64,000 nt of DNA from Octopus sinensis (GCF_006345805.1 NC_043017.1:10230001-10294000); one strand, 5' to 3'. Positions 25,031-39,600 are shown, counted from the stretch's first letter. The notes: generated by a model not told the origin, from the sequence alone. Translations and numbers: made by a program.

Positions 25031-25611
25031 AATTCTTATGATAGTAGCAATATTTGTATATAATTTATATAAAAACACAAATTTCCCAGTTGGGTTTGAA
25101 CTCACACTATTTGTCTTCAAATGGGATTTCAACATTGTAAGCCACTTATCCAAACCATCCACCTCAGGCTGGAACTTAAAAAAAACAGAGAAAATTCTTT
25201 GTAATCAGAAATAAAGCTTTGTACATTGAAACATAGCCTCAAGGAATGTGGATGTATGTGTGTGAGTGCATGTGTGTGTGTGTGTGTGTGTGTGCATGTG
25301 TTTGAGTGTGCATATATATATATATATATGTATGTGCATGTATGCTTGCATGTGTGTATGCATGTGTGGATACACATATATGTATGCACGTGTGTGTGTG
25401 GATATATGTGTACATACATGTACTTGCATGTATGTGTTCATGTATGTGTGTGCACGTGTGTGTGTGATTCTGTGTATGTTTATGTGAGGAAAAGAAAGGC
25501 AACTGCTAAAAGCTGAAAACTAAATGAACCAATCAAAAAATCAAAATAAAACACAGCCAACAAATACATTTAAAAAAAGATTAAATTTGTTGTTCAACAC
25601 ATGTTGAACAG

Positions 25612-25754
25612 ATATGGCTGTGTGGTAAGAGGTTTGCTTCCCAACCGCATGGTTACAGGTTCAGTTCCACTGCTAGGGCAAGTGTCTTCTACCATAGCCT
25701 CGGGCTGACCAAAGCCTTTGTGAGTGGATTTGGCAACTTGAAACTGAAAGAAAC

Positions 25755-25822
<68 letters not shown>

Positions 25823-26078
25823 TATGTATATAGGTGTGGATGCATGTGGGTGTCTTTGTTAGTCCCCCACCACAATTTCACAACTAGTATTGGTGTTTAT
25901 GTCCCTTTAACTTAGTGGTTCACCAAAAGAGATTGATACAATAATTACCAGGCTTAGGAAAAAAGAAAACAAGAATAAGTGTTGAGGTCGATTGAATCAA
26001 GAAAAATTCTTCCAGGCAATGCCCCAGCATGGTCGCAATCCAATGACTAAAATCAGCAAAAGATAAAAGATAAAAGAC
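25612..26078 (+). mobile_element. SINE family A copy
   Basis: atggctgtgtggtaag...ggttcagttcc...gaaactgaaagaaaccc, (TA)n, body, and tail aaaagataaaagataaaag. Confidence 0.85.
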
Positions 26079-26284
26079 ATGATTTGTCAGACAAAAAATT
26101 TATTAAATATGTTGTTTTGTTGTTGTTGTTTACATTCCCCCTCCCCTTTTCTTTCTTTTATTTATTTCTTCATTCATTTTCTGTCTAAAAAAAATTTCAC
26201 ATTCGTATTTTTTTTTTCCCACAAAAAAAATCTATAAAATAAACCAAGCCAAAACACGTAAATATGTTGTATTTTTCTTTCCAG

Positions 26285-26451
26285 ATCCATGGAACCTGGG
26301 GCAAAAGATTACCGACATCAAATGTTGTTGATTGTTACGGTCCTTTTGGATTGATTACAGTAAAAGCCAGTATCAGTTCGGAAGAATGTGCCAGAGATCT
26401 GGCCGAAAATATCATAAAACTTCTACCTGCTCAAACATGCCAAGTGTTAAG
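26285..26451 (+). CDS. Candidate 167-nt internal coding exon, product not recognised
   Basis: Strong acceptor gtatttttctttccAG and donor AAG|gtaatg. Only phase 0 is open across the exon: IHGTWGKRLPTSNVVDCYGPFGLITVKASISSEECARDLAENIIKLLPAQTCQVL plus AG. Non-repetitive sequence. Confidence 0.7.
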
Positions 26452-26718
26452 GTAATGCACTAATTTTCTTATTTTTACCATGGACATTTCGAGGGGAGGG
26501 GCAGTTTGTGTTGTTTTGTTTCCCCACTTTGCCCTTGCTGTATTTTTAGATATTTATTGTTCTTCATAACATCTGAGAGTAGAATAGGGGCAGATGGTGG
26601 AACTGGTACAGAGTGCTAGATCAAATGCCTCTTTTTGGTAATTAGTTACGGTTCTTTACTCTTTGCATTCATACTTTCTGTTCCATCAAGGAAGTGGCAC
26701 ATATTTTATCTTTTAAAG

Positions 26719-26768
<50 letters not shown>

Positions 26769-26769
<1 letters not shown>

Positions 26770-27488
26770 GTTTGACTTTTGCTTTATATTTGTACAAGTT
26801 GGCTCCAAGTCTCACCCAGAGACCTCAAGAGACAACAGGTTGGAAGTTCATGTTGTTGTTATGCCTAGTGTGCCATATATTTGGGGGTGGGGTTTGGTGT
26901 TGTACTAGTGAATGTCTAAAAGAAATTTAAAACAAAAAAACCCCGAAAATTATGCTTGTTTTAAACCTTGAGATTACATAGAAAGTATTTTGCGTAGGAT
27001 ATGAGCAGTTCCCATGAGCACTATCTTTTGAATTTCTGCCATTTTTGGGTTTCCTGGTATCTGAGTTAGGTAGCAATCAGCCCCTTTTGCTATCATTCCC
27101 AGGGCACCTATGACAACAGGTATTGTTTTAGTCTTCAGGTTCCACATTTTGCTGATTTCTATTTCAAGATCTTTATATTTGCTCAGTTTTTGGTAGGTCT
27201 TGACAGATATGTTTATATCGATTGGGACAGTCATATTAATGAGGAGGCATGTTCTTTGTCTGAAGTCTTCCAATATGATGTCTGGCCTATTTGCATCTAT
27301 CTTTCTGTCAGTTTGAATGGTAAAGTTCCAAAAGTGAGATGTAGTCATTTTCAAGCACTGGAGGTGGTTTGTGTTCCCACCAGTTTTTTTCATGGGGCAA
27401 ATCCAGGTTTTTGCAAATTACCCAGTGAATATATTGTGCTGCTCTATCATGCCTGTTGAGATACTCTGTAGGCACTTGGAGACAACAT
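26769..27488 (-). mobile_element. R4/Dong-clade non-LTR retrotransposon 3' fragment with restriction-like endonuclease domain
   Basis: EYLNRHDRAAQYIHW..WWEHKP..LEN, then after a frameshift WNFTIQTDRKIDANRPDII...KYKDLEIEISKMW...PVVIGALG...GTAHILRKIL. 3' UTR ends in (TAA)n. Confidence 0.9.
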
Positions 27489-27519
27489 TATTATTATTAT
27501 TATTATTGTTATTATTATT

Positions 27520-27760
27520 CAATAGTCTCATTTGTATCACGTGCTTTCATTGCACTACTGAGTGCAGCTCTGCATGTCTTGGGTATGTGCTGTGGTGCTC
27601 TTATTTTTACTGTATTGAAAGTGTTTTATGTAGGATGTGCGCGGTGCCTTGTGGTGCTATTTTCTGTATGTTATATATACTTGTGAGTCCTGGTGTATTC
27701 GTTATGTATTTCTCTGAATGTTTTTTTTTATCACACCTAATGCATCTGCAACAACATCAA
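27520..27760 (-). mobile_element. Second, divergent R4/Dong-type 3' fragment
   Basis: VV.DALGVIKK..YI.N.PG...IYNIQKIA..GTAHILHKTLSIQ-stop, a distinct 3' UTR and a (TAA)n tail. Confidence 0.75.
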
Positions 27761-28194
27761 TAACAACAATAACTATAATGAGTGCAACAAAAACTGCAAC
27801 ACCAACAATAACAACAACAAGAGCTGCTGCATCAAGGAAACTGCAACAACAATGAAAACTGTGAGAACAACTACGATTGCAAATAAAAATGTCAAAACTA
27901 CAACAGCAGCTGCAACAACAAAGCTGCCACAAAAATGATAACAACAACAACAACAGTTGTTGCCAATGTAAAAAATTTATTTTTAGACTGAAACCAGATA
28001 TTTTCTTCTTCCATGGTCAAGGTATTCTAAACTGTCCTTCAACAGCCAACGACGTATTGTGTTGCATCTCAAGGCCATAACTGTTTGGAACTGTGGTTGC
28101 GTTAGTTGTGCTTTGGTCAGCTCGGTGGGGAGGTGAAGAGCTGGAGAAACAGGTTCCGTTTCTTGTTGTTTCCCACAGTAGTTTAGTGGTGGTG

Positions 28195-28370
28195 TTTTTT
28201 TTTGTTTTTGTTTATGTTTCTGTTTCGGTAACGGTGGAGTTAGTGGGGAGGGTGGGGGTGTTGTTTTTGTTTATGTTTCTGTTTCGGTAACGGTGAGGTT
28301 GGTTGGGAGGGTGGGGGTGTGTTTTTTGTTTATGTTTCTGTTTCGGTAAAGGTGAGGTGGGTGGAGTGGG
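28195..28370 (+). repeat. Minisatellite, about 60 bp x 3
   Basis: gtttttgtttatgtttctgtttcggtaacggtg...gggagggtgggggtg repeated. Confidence 0.9.
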
Positions 28371-28740
28371 TGGGTGGGTGGTAGTCGTGGTGGTAGTGGG
28401 TGGCTACCATTGGTTTTATGTTATGGGAAGTCTCTCAGCAATTATCAAGTGCTCTGCATGGAACATTGGTGTTCATCTCTGTCTTGGATGAAAACATACA
28501 TTTATGGGTGGACATACACACACACACACACACCACACACACACACACATACACTCATATACATCCATTCATGCATGTGGGGGCGGGCACACATATGACA
28601 CAACAACAACAACAAAAATAGCAATAACCCAACAATAACAGCAACAACAATAAGAACAAGAATAACAGCAACAGTGACAGTGACATCAACAATATCAACA
28701 ACAACAACAACAATTGCAACAACAACATCTACAATGACAT

Positions 28741-29122
28741 CAGCTTGCTAACCAACCACATGGTTGCGGGTTCAGTCCCACTGCGTGGCATCTTGGGCAA
28801 GTGTCTTCTGCTATAGCCCCGGGCCGACCAATGCCTTGTGAGTGGATTTGGTAGACGGAAACTGAAAGAAGCCTGTCATATATATGTATATATATATATG
28901 TGTGTGTGTGTGATTGTGTGTCTGTGTTTGTCCCCCTAGCATTGCTTGACAACCGATGCTGGTGTGTTTACGTCCCTGTCACTTAGCGGTTCGGCAAAAG
29001 AGACCGATAGAATAAGTACTGAGCTTACAAAAGAATAAGTCCCGGGGTCGATTGCTTGACTAAAGGCGGTGCTCCAGCATGGCCGCAGTCAAATGACTGA
29101 AACAAGTAAAAGAGTAAAAGAG
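28741..29122 (+). mobile_element. SINE family A copy, extreme 5' end missing
   Basis: Nearly identical to 20150-20515. Confidence 0.9.
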
Positions 29123-30368
29123 TAATATTATCACCAACGGCAGCAACAGAAGCAACAACAGCGACAACAACATTGACATGACATCAACATTCTCTAAAAA
29201 TGCACCACATCAAGTTGTTGCCTAAATCTAATCAGCAGAAAGCTCACAAAGTCAGAGGTGAAAGGTCACTGCTGCATCAGAACATAGGTCGCACTGTAGA
29301 GGTCGCTTGGTCTGTTCTTATGTGTAACAGCTGCACTCACACTCACACTCACCATTGTTGTCTTTAGACGTACTCAATACCCTTGTATGTATGTGTCATC
29401 TTTGCTGTTACAGCTTCTTATTTGCTTTCATATATATGCACACACACACACACGCACATGCACACACACACACACAAATACACACATACACACACACACA
29501 TACATATTTATTGATTGGTGAATTTTTCTTGGTTTTCTTTTTATATTATTTACACACATAAACATACATGTGTGTTTTTGTGTGTGTATATGTGTATGTC
29601 TGTATCTATTAGGATACTATGTATGTTTATGTAATATACATACATATACATACATATAGATAGATAGATAGATTAGAGACAATTATTCTCTGTATAGAAT
29701 ACACTTCGTAGTGGTCAAGAGGTTGGAACTTGACCAGATAGGGAAGTAAATGTAAAGAAAAGCAAATGAATCAAGTTGATATACAAAAAATATTCTATAC
29801 ATTTGATACAAAAATATGTTTACAGATGAAAAGGTCCGATTGCACAGAATAGAAATGATATCAAGAATTAAAGGGGTTGGAATAAGAGCTTTATGAGTTC
29901 CACAGCTGTTTCTAAGAGTTTGGTAGTCCAAAATAATGATTGTAACTGGATTCCATCATTGGATAATACCAGCCCCCTTTATCAGGGAAGAAGTTTCGTA
30001 TTTGAGGTGTTGGTAGAAAGGAGGTTAAAGATGGAATGATTTTGTAGAGAACTAAGTGAATTAGAAGGGGGAGCTGGGAGGTATTTAGATAGAGAATAGT
30101 GGGAGGAGAAAATAAATTTCAAGGTCAGGGGGTTATTAATGAGGTTAGCCTCACTGGACCTTGAAGCTTGAGGAGGAAATGACAAAGAACCAGGATGACT
30201 GGTGATATGTGGTGCTTAAGAAAATTTGCCGTCTTTGGCAAAAACTGAGTTCTGATAGAGTTGCATGTGCGTGTGCACACACAAACACACACACACACAC
30301 ACGCAAAAACAAACACATACACACACACACACACAAACACACAATCACACACACGCAAAAACAAACAA

Positions 30369-30410
<42 letters not shown>

Positions 30411-30649
30411 CCTTCACCTAATTTCCTTCTTTCTCACTCCATTCATGAACTCCCCTAACAACAGCTTTTCCCTGATACCGCTTACTTCCCTCGCAATTCA
30501 GAACCATTCCACTGGTCAGACATTGCATTGTCAGAGATATCCTTGAAACCAGCCTCGTATCCTCCTAAATATTGGTACCATCATTGGTACAGCAAATGCA
30601 TTGTGGGGGATATTGCATTAGAAGAGAAATGTTCCAACTGCCATATTTA

Positions 30650-30790
30650 GCAAAGTCTGCGAAAATATTCTTTGGTCATTCTATTTTTATTAACGGTGCC
30701 TTTGTATATGACAGATTTCAGTGAATATGCTTGGTTATTTGTTGCAGTCTTTGTAGGACTGGGCTGATGCAGACAACATTGATGTAAAAG
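30650..30790 (-). mobile_element. Possible Penelope-like GIY-YIG remnant
   Basis: Minus frame ..KSVIYKGTVNKNRMTKEY.. resembles the SVIYxAxV...KxYxG segment of Penelope-type endonucleases; short and decayed. Confidence 0.3.
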
Positions 30791-31344
30791 TACTGGGTTT
30801 CTATGTGCACATATATCTATGTGTGCATGTATGTGCAAATATATATATATATATATATCTAAAGAATGTGTGAATATATGTGTGTCTGGGTGTGTGTATT
30901 GCTTATATACTCATACATAATTCAACACTCACACATGTGTGTTGGATTATGTATCTGTATGCGAGCAGTGCACAGACACAAACAAGTGTATGTATGCACA
31001 CATACATAGATACGTGTACGGATACGCACACGCACGGGCATGCTCAGACACACAATCAAACCCACACATACACATTTGTGAGGTGAATTTGCATAGAAAG
31101 GATGTGTGCAAACCTGTGTGCGTGTCAGAGTAAACTTTGTACTATATGGACATTTTGGGCGTGAATATATGTATTTCTACAAATACACAAACACACACAC
31201 ACATATATATATATATATACCCATACCTTTGCACGTATACATACATATACATATACACATATGTATATATATATATATACACACACACTCTCACACACAT
31301 ATATGTAAATATATATTATATATATATATAAATATATGTATATC

Positions 31345-31376
<32 letters not shown>

Positions 31377-32104
31377 TGTGTATATATATATATTATGTGT
31401 GTGTGTGTGTGTATGTATATATATGTATATATATATTTACATATATGTTTACGGTGTGTACATATACAAGTATCATGTATGCATTCATTTGCCTGTATGT
31501 GTACGCATACATATATATATATATACTTTTGCATATACAACAGAGTATACTTATATATACATATGAATGAATACACATATAAGTACATGTATGTAGATAC
31601 ACACATATATACACACATACATACATATATACATATATGCACACTTACCTATATATATAGCCTATATATGTGTCTGTGTGTATGTGTATACATATATAAA
31701 TATATATATATATTTATATATATGTGTGTGTATGCGTTTGTGACTATATCTATCTAAGCTTCCTCTACCTTCCCAAACCACACACACACACACACACACA
31801 CCATCTCCACCACCGCCTCCACCACCATCACAGTGACCAGTCCAGTATTCCATTTATTTGAAGTAGCTTTTGTTTACTCTTAAATTCTTCTTGGTTCTAG
31901 AGAAAGTAAATTGGACGCACCCCCACCCCTCCCCTACTCCCCCCCCCAACCACTGGCCTCTCTGTCTCTTTATAAACCTCCCTACCCTCTCACCTTCTTC
32001 TCTCCTCTCTCTTTATCTCCCCCCCTCTTCCTCTCTGGTGTCTCCTTTACATCTTGTTTATCATCCTCTCTCTTTCTCTTATGTCTCTTTTTATCTCTCT
32101 CTCT

Positions 32105-32151
<47 letters not shown>

Positions 32152-32278
32152 CCCTCTCTTTTTCATTCTATTTCTCTCTATATATTTGTGCACATCTATG
32201 TCTGTTGTTTATTCATATACATACATATATGTGTGTATTGTATGTATATATATATATATATAATATATAATATATATT

Positions 32279-32311
<33 letters not shown>

Positions 32312-32716
32312 CATATATGTACATATATATATGTATATATATATGTGTGTTTGTGTTTGTATACATATTTATATATATATTATGTGTATGTGTACATATA
32401 TTAAATAGTGCATGTGTATGTATATATATATATGCTTTATATTTCTTTTAACTCTTATTTTCTTGTTCTGTCTGACTGTCTCAAGCACAAAAAATGCACA
32501 CACATACACAAACACATACACACACACACGTACACAGGTACATGCACACATGTACACACACATACATACCCATACATATATACATATGCACACATATATA
32601 TGAAAACTATGATGATGATGATGATGGTGATGATGATGCACATTCATATATACATATATATACATGTACGTTTATCTATATCTATCTATCTCTCTTTCAG
32701 TCTGTCTGTGTGTCTG

Positions 32717-32789
<73 letters not shown>

Positions 32790-33553
32790 TCCATTTTTTG
32801 TTATTGAAACAGTCACACTCAGACACACATACACACACACACACTCACTCTCACACACACATACACACACACACACACTCACACACACACATACACACAC
32901 TCACACACATTCATGCACAGGCCCACACAATAACCCCAGATAGTTAAACAGTATCACCTTGCCACTCCATACCCAAAAACCACACACACACACATGCACG
33001 CACGCACACATGCATACACATGCACACACACATATTCACATGTACACACACATGCACACATGTACACACACGCATTCACTCGCACACACAGACATACATA
33101 TACATATCACCACCGCAACCACCTCTGCCTCCCCTCACTCCCTCACCCTCCTTGTCTCTCTCCTTCTCTCACCCTCCCCCACCTAACCATTCTCTGTGAA
33201 TCCCTTTGTGTAAGAATACTGGAATGAATCATTTGTTTTCCTAAGGAATAGAATATGGAAGACTTTAAGGAGCAGAATATAATGGTAAAGGGGGAAAAAA
33301 AAACAAGAAAAAAAAAACGTACTGTGAAAGACAATACAGTAAGCAGCTAAGAAATATGGAAGTCGTGAAGGAGAAGAAATTAGAAACCAGCAAGAATATG
33401 TTGAACACATTCTAGAAAATTCTAGTGAGAGGGTGAAGTGAAAAAAAATGGTAAATCACCAGATTTTTCAGTAATTTTTAATCTTTAAATACTGACCAAA
33501 ATTTGAAACTATTATCATTATCCTCCTCATCATCATCATCATTATTATTATTA

Positions 33554-33585
<32 letters not shown>

Positions 33586-33782
33586 GTTGTTGTTGTTGTT
33601 GTTGTTGTTGGTTGTTGTTGTTGTTGTTATTATTATTATGAGGTTTACTTTGCCTTTCACTGGTTTAGGACTGAGGTCAATGTAACTGACTTACCCCCTC
33701 ACTCAAACTTGCTGGCCTTGTGCCAAAATTTGAAATCATCATTATTATTATATCATTATTATTATTATTATAATTATCATTT

Positions 33783-33995
33783 TTAAGGCAGCAAGCTGGT
33801 AAAATCATTGGCATGCCAGGCAAAATGCTTAATGGTATTTCTGAGTTCAAATTCTGCCGAGTTCGACTTTACCTTTCATTCTTTCTGGGTCAATAAATTA
33901 AGTACCAGTGAAACACTGGGGTTGGTGTAATCAACTAGTCTCCTCCCCACAAATTTCAGGCCTTGTGCCTCCAGTAGAAAGGATTATTATTATTA
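33783..33995 (+). mobile_element. SINE family B copy
   Basis: Same head, centre and tail as 2729-2935. Confidence 0.8.
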
Positions 33996-34223
33996 TTAGC
34001 ATCTCTACTTCCATTTCTTTTGAACTTATGACAATAACATTCCTTAGAAATTTGTCTATAATAATAAAAATAATAATAATGATGTAATTATTGTATACAG
34101 TGCTCAGGTGCACCACATGTTCCAGTGTTACTAAAAAGTAACCTAAAGTAATCTCCCTTGTAGATCACAAGCCAAAGTAGCACCCAAAAGTTAACAAGGG
34201 TCTATCCCGATATATTGTTAGAT

Positions 34224-34515
34224 TTAACCTATTTGATACCAACCTATATGACACTGCCTCTAGGTTTATGACACAGACTTCTTATCTTAAAGGTATCAAA
34301 ATTGAAACCTTCTATCAGAATTTCATGTTAGTTTATGTTCCAAACACCTGCTTAATAATGACAAAATTATTTTGCTAACATCTTCATTATCTTCAGAAAT
34401 TAATTGAAACAAAGGCAGCATATTTCAACAGAAATATGGTAACAAAAGGGTTAAAGTGATCTAAATTAAAACCTTTCATTAAAATTTCTTGCTAATTCTT
34501 GTTCCAAACACTGGA
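34224..34515 (+). mobile_element. Near-complete copy of the same MITE plus a repeated 3' segment
   Basis: ttaa-cctatttgatacc ... ggtaacaaaaggg-ttaa, then the internal segment agtgatctaaattaaaacc starts again. Confidence 0.7.
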
Positions 34516-35262
34516 TTAGTTGTATATATATTTCTATGTGTAAAATGACAGAATGTGGCTTGAAGGAGAATTGCCTGCTATTTCTGAAAGGGCCAACACC
34601 TTCATAGAAGCTCCCTAATTATATGTATACTTGTATTTGTGTCTGTGTATATATGTGTGTGTAGTATGGCTGAAGGGTTAAGAAATTTGCTTAGCAACCA
34701 TGAGGTTCCAGGTTCAATCCCCACTGCAGGCATCTTAAGCAAATAATTTTCTGTAGCTTCAGGTCAGTCCAATAAAATTGGTGAGACGAAACTGTATAGA
34801 AGCCTATCACATAGATTGTACCTGTAATACAAAATGTACAACATCGTCATGCATTGTCACACTTTTTCTACCTGAGAATTGCTTTAAGGGTACCTGCATC
34901 TGTGGAATACTCAGCCACTTGCATGTCAATTCAGGAGCAGGTAACTCAGTTCATTAAACAATTGAATGCTCATTGCCAAATGACAGAGATCCATGACCAC
35001 ACCCCCTCACCACCATTGTGTACACGTACACTTGCATGTGTGTGTGTGTGTGTGTGTACACATGCATTTTGGTATGTGTTTATACATATGTATTTGCCTG
35101 TGTTTATATATGTGTTCTTGTGCACATGTGTTTGTCTGAACGGGTCAGGCTGTGTGTGCGTATGTACTCGTATGCATTTATATGTGTGCATATGCATGAG
35201 TGTGAGTGTGTGTGAGAAAGAGAGAGACAGCAGTTTGTGCGATTACAAAGCCACACACACAC

Positions 35263-35293
<31 letters not shown>

Positions 35294-35772
35294 GAGTCCA
35301 GACTCTGTACACTTTCATCACCACAAGCCCTCATCAAGCATTCCTATCACACACTGTCAGAATATCAAGATAATATTTTAGAAGCACTGCCACTGCACCA
35401 GTGTTATATCTTTGTTATCACACACCACCAGGATATCAGGATTATTGTTGTTGCTGTTGCGTTGTTGTTGTTTGTTGTTGTTGTTTTTTTTTTAAAATCA
35501 TCCATTCTTTGTAAATCCTCACACTTTATGTCTGTCTTTGTATCCACCCCACCCCTACTCATCCATTGCCTTGGTGGCAAATAAGAGGAATCCTCATTGT
35601 CATCATCATCATCATTATTTTGTTGTTGCCGTTGCCATTGCCATAAGATGGTGAACTGACAGAATTGTTAGCACCCCAGGTAAAATGCTTTGCAAGATTT
35701 CTTCCAACCTTAGGTTCAAATGCCACCAAGGCATACATGTGTGTGTTTGTGTGTTTGTGTGTGTGTGTGTAC

Positions 35773-35805
<33 letters not shown>

Positions 35806-36040
35806 TGTATTATAATTAATAGGGTGAGAGAATTAGATACTAATTTTAATGTGAGCCATATAGTGACCACTCTCTATATTTATTTATTTATATATATGTA
35901 TACATATGTGTATATGTATATATACATACATTATATATATATATATAATATAAATATATATATATATAATATATAATATATATATATATATAATATATAT
36001 ATCATCATCATCATTTAGCGTCGCTTTCATGCTAGCATGG

Positions 36041-36077
<37 letters not shown>

Positions 36078-36526
36078 TATATATATATATATATAGATAG
36101 ATGATATGATAGATGGATGGATGGAGGATGGATGGATGATGGAGGATGGATGGATGGATGGATGGATGGATGGATGGATGGATGACGGACGGACGGACGG
36201 ACGGACGGACACACACATACATACATTTATTTATGGCATTAGGAGGGCATCTACCCATAGAAACCAGCCCAAAACAGACAGAAAAGCTTGGTACAGTTGT
36301 TTAGCTTGCTAGTTCCTGTCTAGCTATCCCACCCATGCCAGCCTGGAAAATGGATGTCATATGATGAGGATGATGATGATGATGATGATGATGAAATTTA
36401 CTTACTGTATATATTCATATATATATGTGTGTATATATATATATATACACTCACATACATAAATACATATGTATGTGTGTGCATGTATGTACATATGTAT
36501 ATATATATATATATATATATATTTAT

Positions 36527-36564
<38 letters not shown>

Positions 36565-36578
36565 CAAAGCCACATATT

Positions 36579-36610
<32 letters not shown>

Positions 36611-36937
36611 CATGTGTGTGTGTACATATTTATATATATATGCGTGTATATGTATATATATTATATATTATTATTTATTTTATATGTGTGTGTGTACACA
36701 TGTGTATGTGTGTGTGTGTGTATGGAATGTATCTATGTAAATATATGTGAATATTGTTATTGTTGTTGTAGATTTGATGAGCTTGCAAACTTGCTTGCCT
36801 CTGCATGCTTTAAATCATTACAGTTTCTTTAAATAATTAATAGAATATATTTATAGCTAACACAATGAACTAACGGTCTGCCGATCAAGTAAAGACTCGT
36901 TAAAAACAATAATCTTCGTTCCACATGGCTGGTTCAG

Positions 36938-36993
36938 AGTTCAAAGGTTACGTTCGGCTAATTCTTTTCGAAATCATTATAGATCAATAATAA
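36938..36993 (+). CDS. Candidate 56-nt exon, phase-compatible with 26285-26451
   Basis: Acceptor tcttcgttccacatggctggttcAG and donor A|gtaaga. Only phase 2 is open, which matches the AG| end of the 26.3-kb exon and gives R-VQRLRSANSFRNHYRSII. Confidence 0.4.
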
Positions 36994-37852
36994 GTAAGAG
37001 ATTAGATGAAAAATATATCTCAACCACCTCGTGGCTGTGTGGTTATGATGCTTGCTTTGCAATCCTGTGGCTTCTAGTTCAGTCCTAGGCTGTACGGCAA
37101 CGACCGCACTCGAATGGTACTTTTTATGTGCCACCAGCACAGGACCAGTAACGTGGCACTGGCAATGACAACACTCGAATGGTGCTTTTTATGTGCTACC
37201 AGCACGAAAAAAAAAGGGTACCTGGGTTGATTTGTTTAACTAAACCTTTCAAGGCATTGTCCCGGCTGAAAGCAAATGGCCAGAGCAAATAAGAAAGGAA
37301 AGGTAAAAGTTGAGCCTGTCATTTTATTTATGGATGATGAAATGGCAGAGTTGTTAACACACGGGATAGACTACATCACCGTATTTGTTTGAACTCTCTT
37401 GAGTTCAAATTCTGTCTGACCCATGCAAGCATTGAGGAGTGGACATTAAATCGATGATGACACATATGATGATGCAGCAATGATGAGGAACAAGGATTAT
37501 TGAAGAGAACGCATCCATAGATCTTGGGAATTTTACCTACTTAGATAGAGATACACATGTGTATATTCATCATCATCATCATCATTTTGATGTCCACTTT
37601 TCCATGCTTGTATGAATCAGACAGAATTTGTTGAAACAGATTTTCTACAGCTGGATGCCCTTCCTATCACCAACCCTCACCTGTTTCCAAGCATGGAAGT
37701 TAATATTTCTCCATGATATCTGAAATGATTTTCACAGAAGATTGGAAATGAAGGACACCACTTGCATAACAGGGGCTCTTGCTTACAACTTTCAGAGGAT
37801 GTCAAGGCAAAGAAGCAGTAACACACACACACACACACACATCATCATCATC

Positions 37853-37884
<32 letters not shown>

Positions 37885-39309
37885 CATTTAATGTCCATTT
37901 TTCACGTCGGCATAGGTTTGACAGGAACTGGTAGGTAAGAAAACTACACCAGTTTCTAGCGTCTGTTTTGTCATGGTTTCCTATGGCTGGATGCCCTTCC
38001 TAATGCCAACCACTTTACAGAGTGGACTGGGTGTTTTTTGTGTGGCCCCAGAACCAGTGAGGCCACTGAGTAACTTGCAGGACAAGACTCTTCAACTGGG
38101 GGGGAGAGGAGTAGTATTGAAGGTCAGAAAGATATCTTGCATTAAAAGGGGACATGGCTTCCTTAGACAGAGAGAAAGATAATGAAGATGTGACAGAGAG
38201 GGGACAGAAGCTGTACACCAATGGTAGCCTTAATACAGGGTGGTGTTTATAGAGGAGAGGACCAGTGGTTGGAGAGGTGGGTCAGTGGATGAATTCACAG
38301 GACTTCAAAAGGTGAGTGGGAGCTAGAGGTGGTGGGGAGGGAAAGGGATTTAATAGGGACATATTTTGTGTAGGTAGATAGGAGGGGAGTGGAAAACACT
38401 GGTGGTGAGTGTGGGTGGGACATGGACATGGATTTTACTTTGCTGGGTGGATCTTCTCAAGTACATATATAAATAGGCATATATATAGTTATATATACGT
38501 ATCATCATCACAAGTACAGTAACATAGTTGAATACTGGATCTTTATATATGAGTGTATATATATGTATATATATGTATGTATATCTCATTCAGGCTTATT
38601 TCAGTTTCTTTCTACCAAATCCTCTCACAAGGTTTTCATTAGCTCTGGGCTATAGTAGAAGACTCTTCACAAAGGTGCTATGCAATGGGATTGACCCAGA
38701 ACAGCGTGGCTGGAAACCAAACTTCTTACCACACAGCCACGCCTGCACCTAATCTGGTTCACATGTGAGCATATTGCATTATCCCAGATCAGTGATAAAT
38801 GAATCAGTGATATAAATGAGGACAGCTGTATTTAAGCACAAACAAAGATACAAGACACAGCAAAACAAACAAACATTCCATCTTTTGAGGAATCCTTTGG
38901 AAGCAGGAGGAATAAATTAATCAATATTCTTCTTGGTGTCTCCAGGCCATATAATACCTTTTTTTAACAATGCTTTAACATAAATTTGTGAATGGTAGAC
39001 CATGTCTGAGGGCTGGAAAATGTCTTCAGCCATGTAAAAGCCATGTAGTACACATGTAGTGCGCATGTAGTGAACATGCAGGGTCCATGTAGCACAGATG
39101 TGGTACACATGTAGCTGGAATATGTTAGTTACAACAAAGCCACAACATAATATACTGTCCATAATGTTTTTCTTAATGTATATACACTTGTGGTTAATAA
39201 AGAAATCATCCTCATCATCATCATCATCATCAACCTCATCATCACTACCACTACCATCATCATCATCATCATCATCGTCATCACCACCATCACCACCACC
39301 ACCACCATC

Positions 39310-39352
<43 letters not shown>

Positions 39353-39569
39353 TATCATCATCATCATCATCATCAACCTCATCATCATCATCATCATCAA
39401 CCTCATCATCACTACCACCATCATCATCATCATCGTCATCATTGTCATCACCACCACCACCACCATCATAACATCATCATCAATCATCATCATCATCATC
39501 ATCATTATCATCATCATCATCATCATCAACCTCATCATCATCATCATCATCATCAATCTCATCATCACT

Positions 39570-39600
<31 letters not shown>

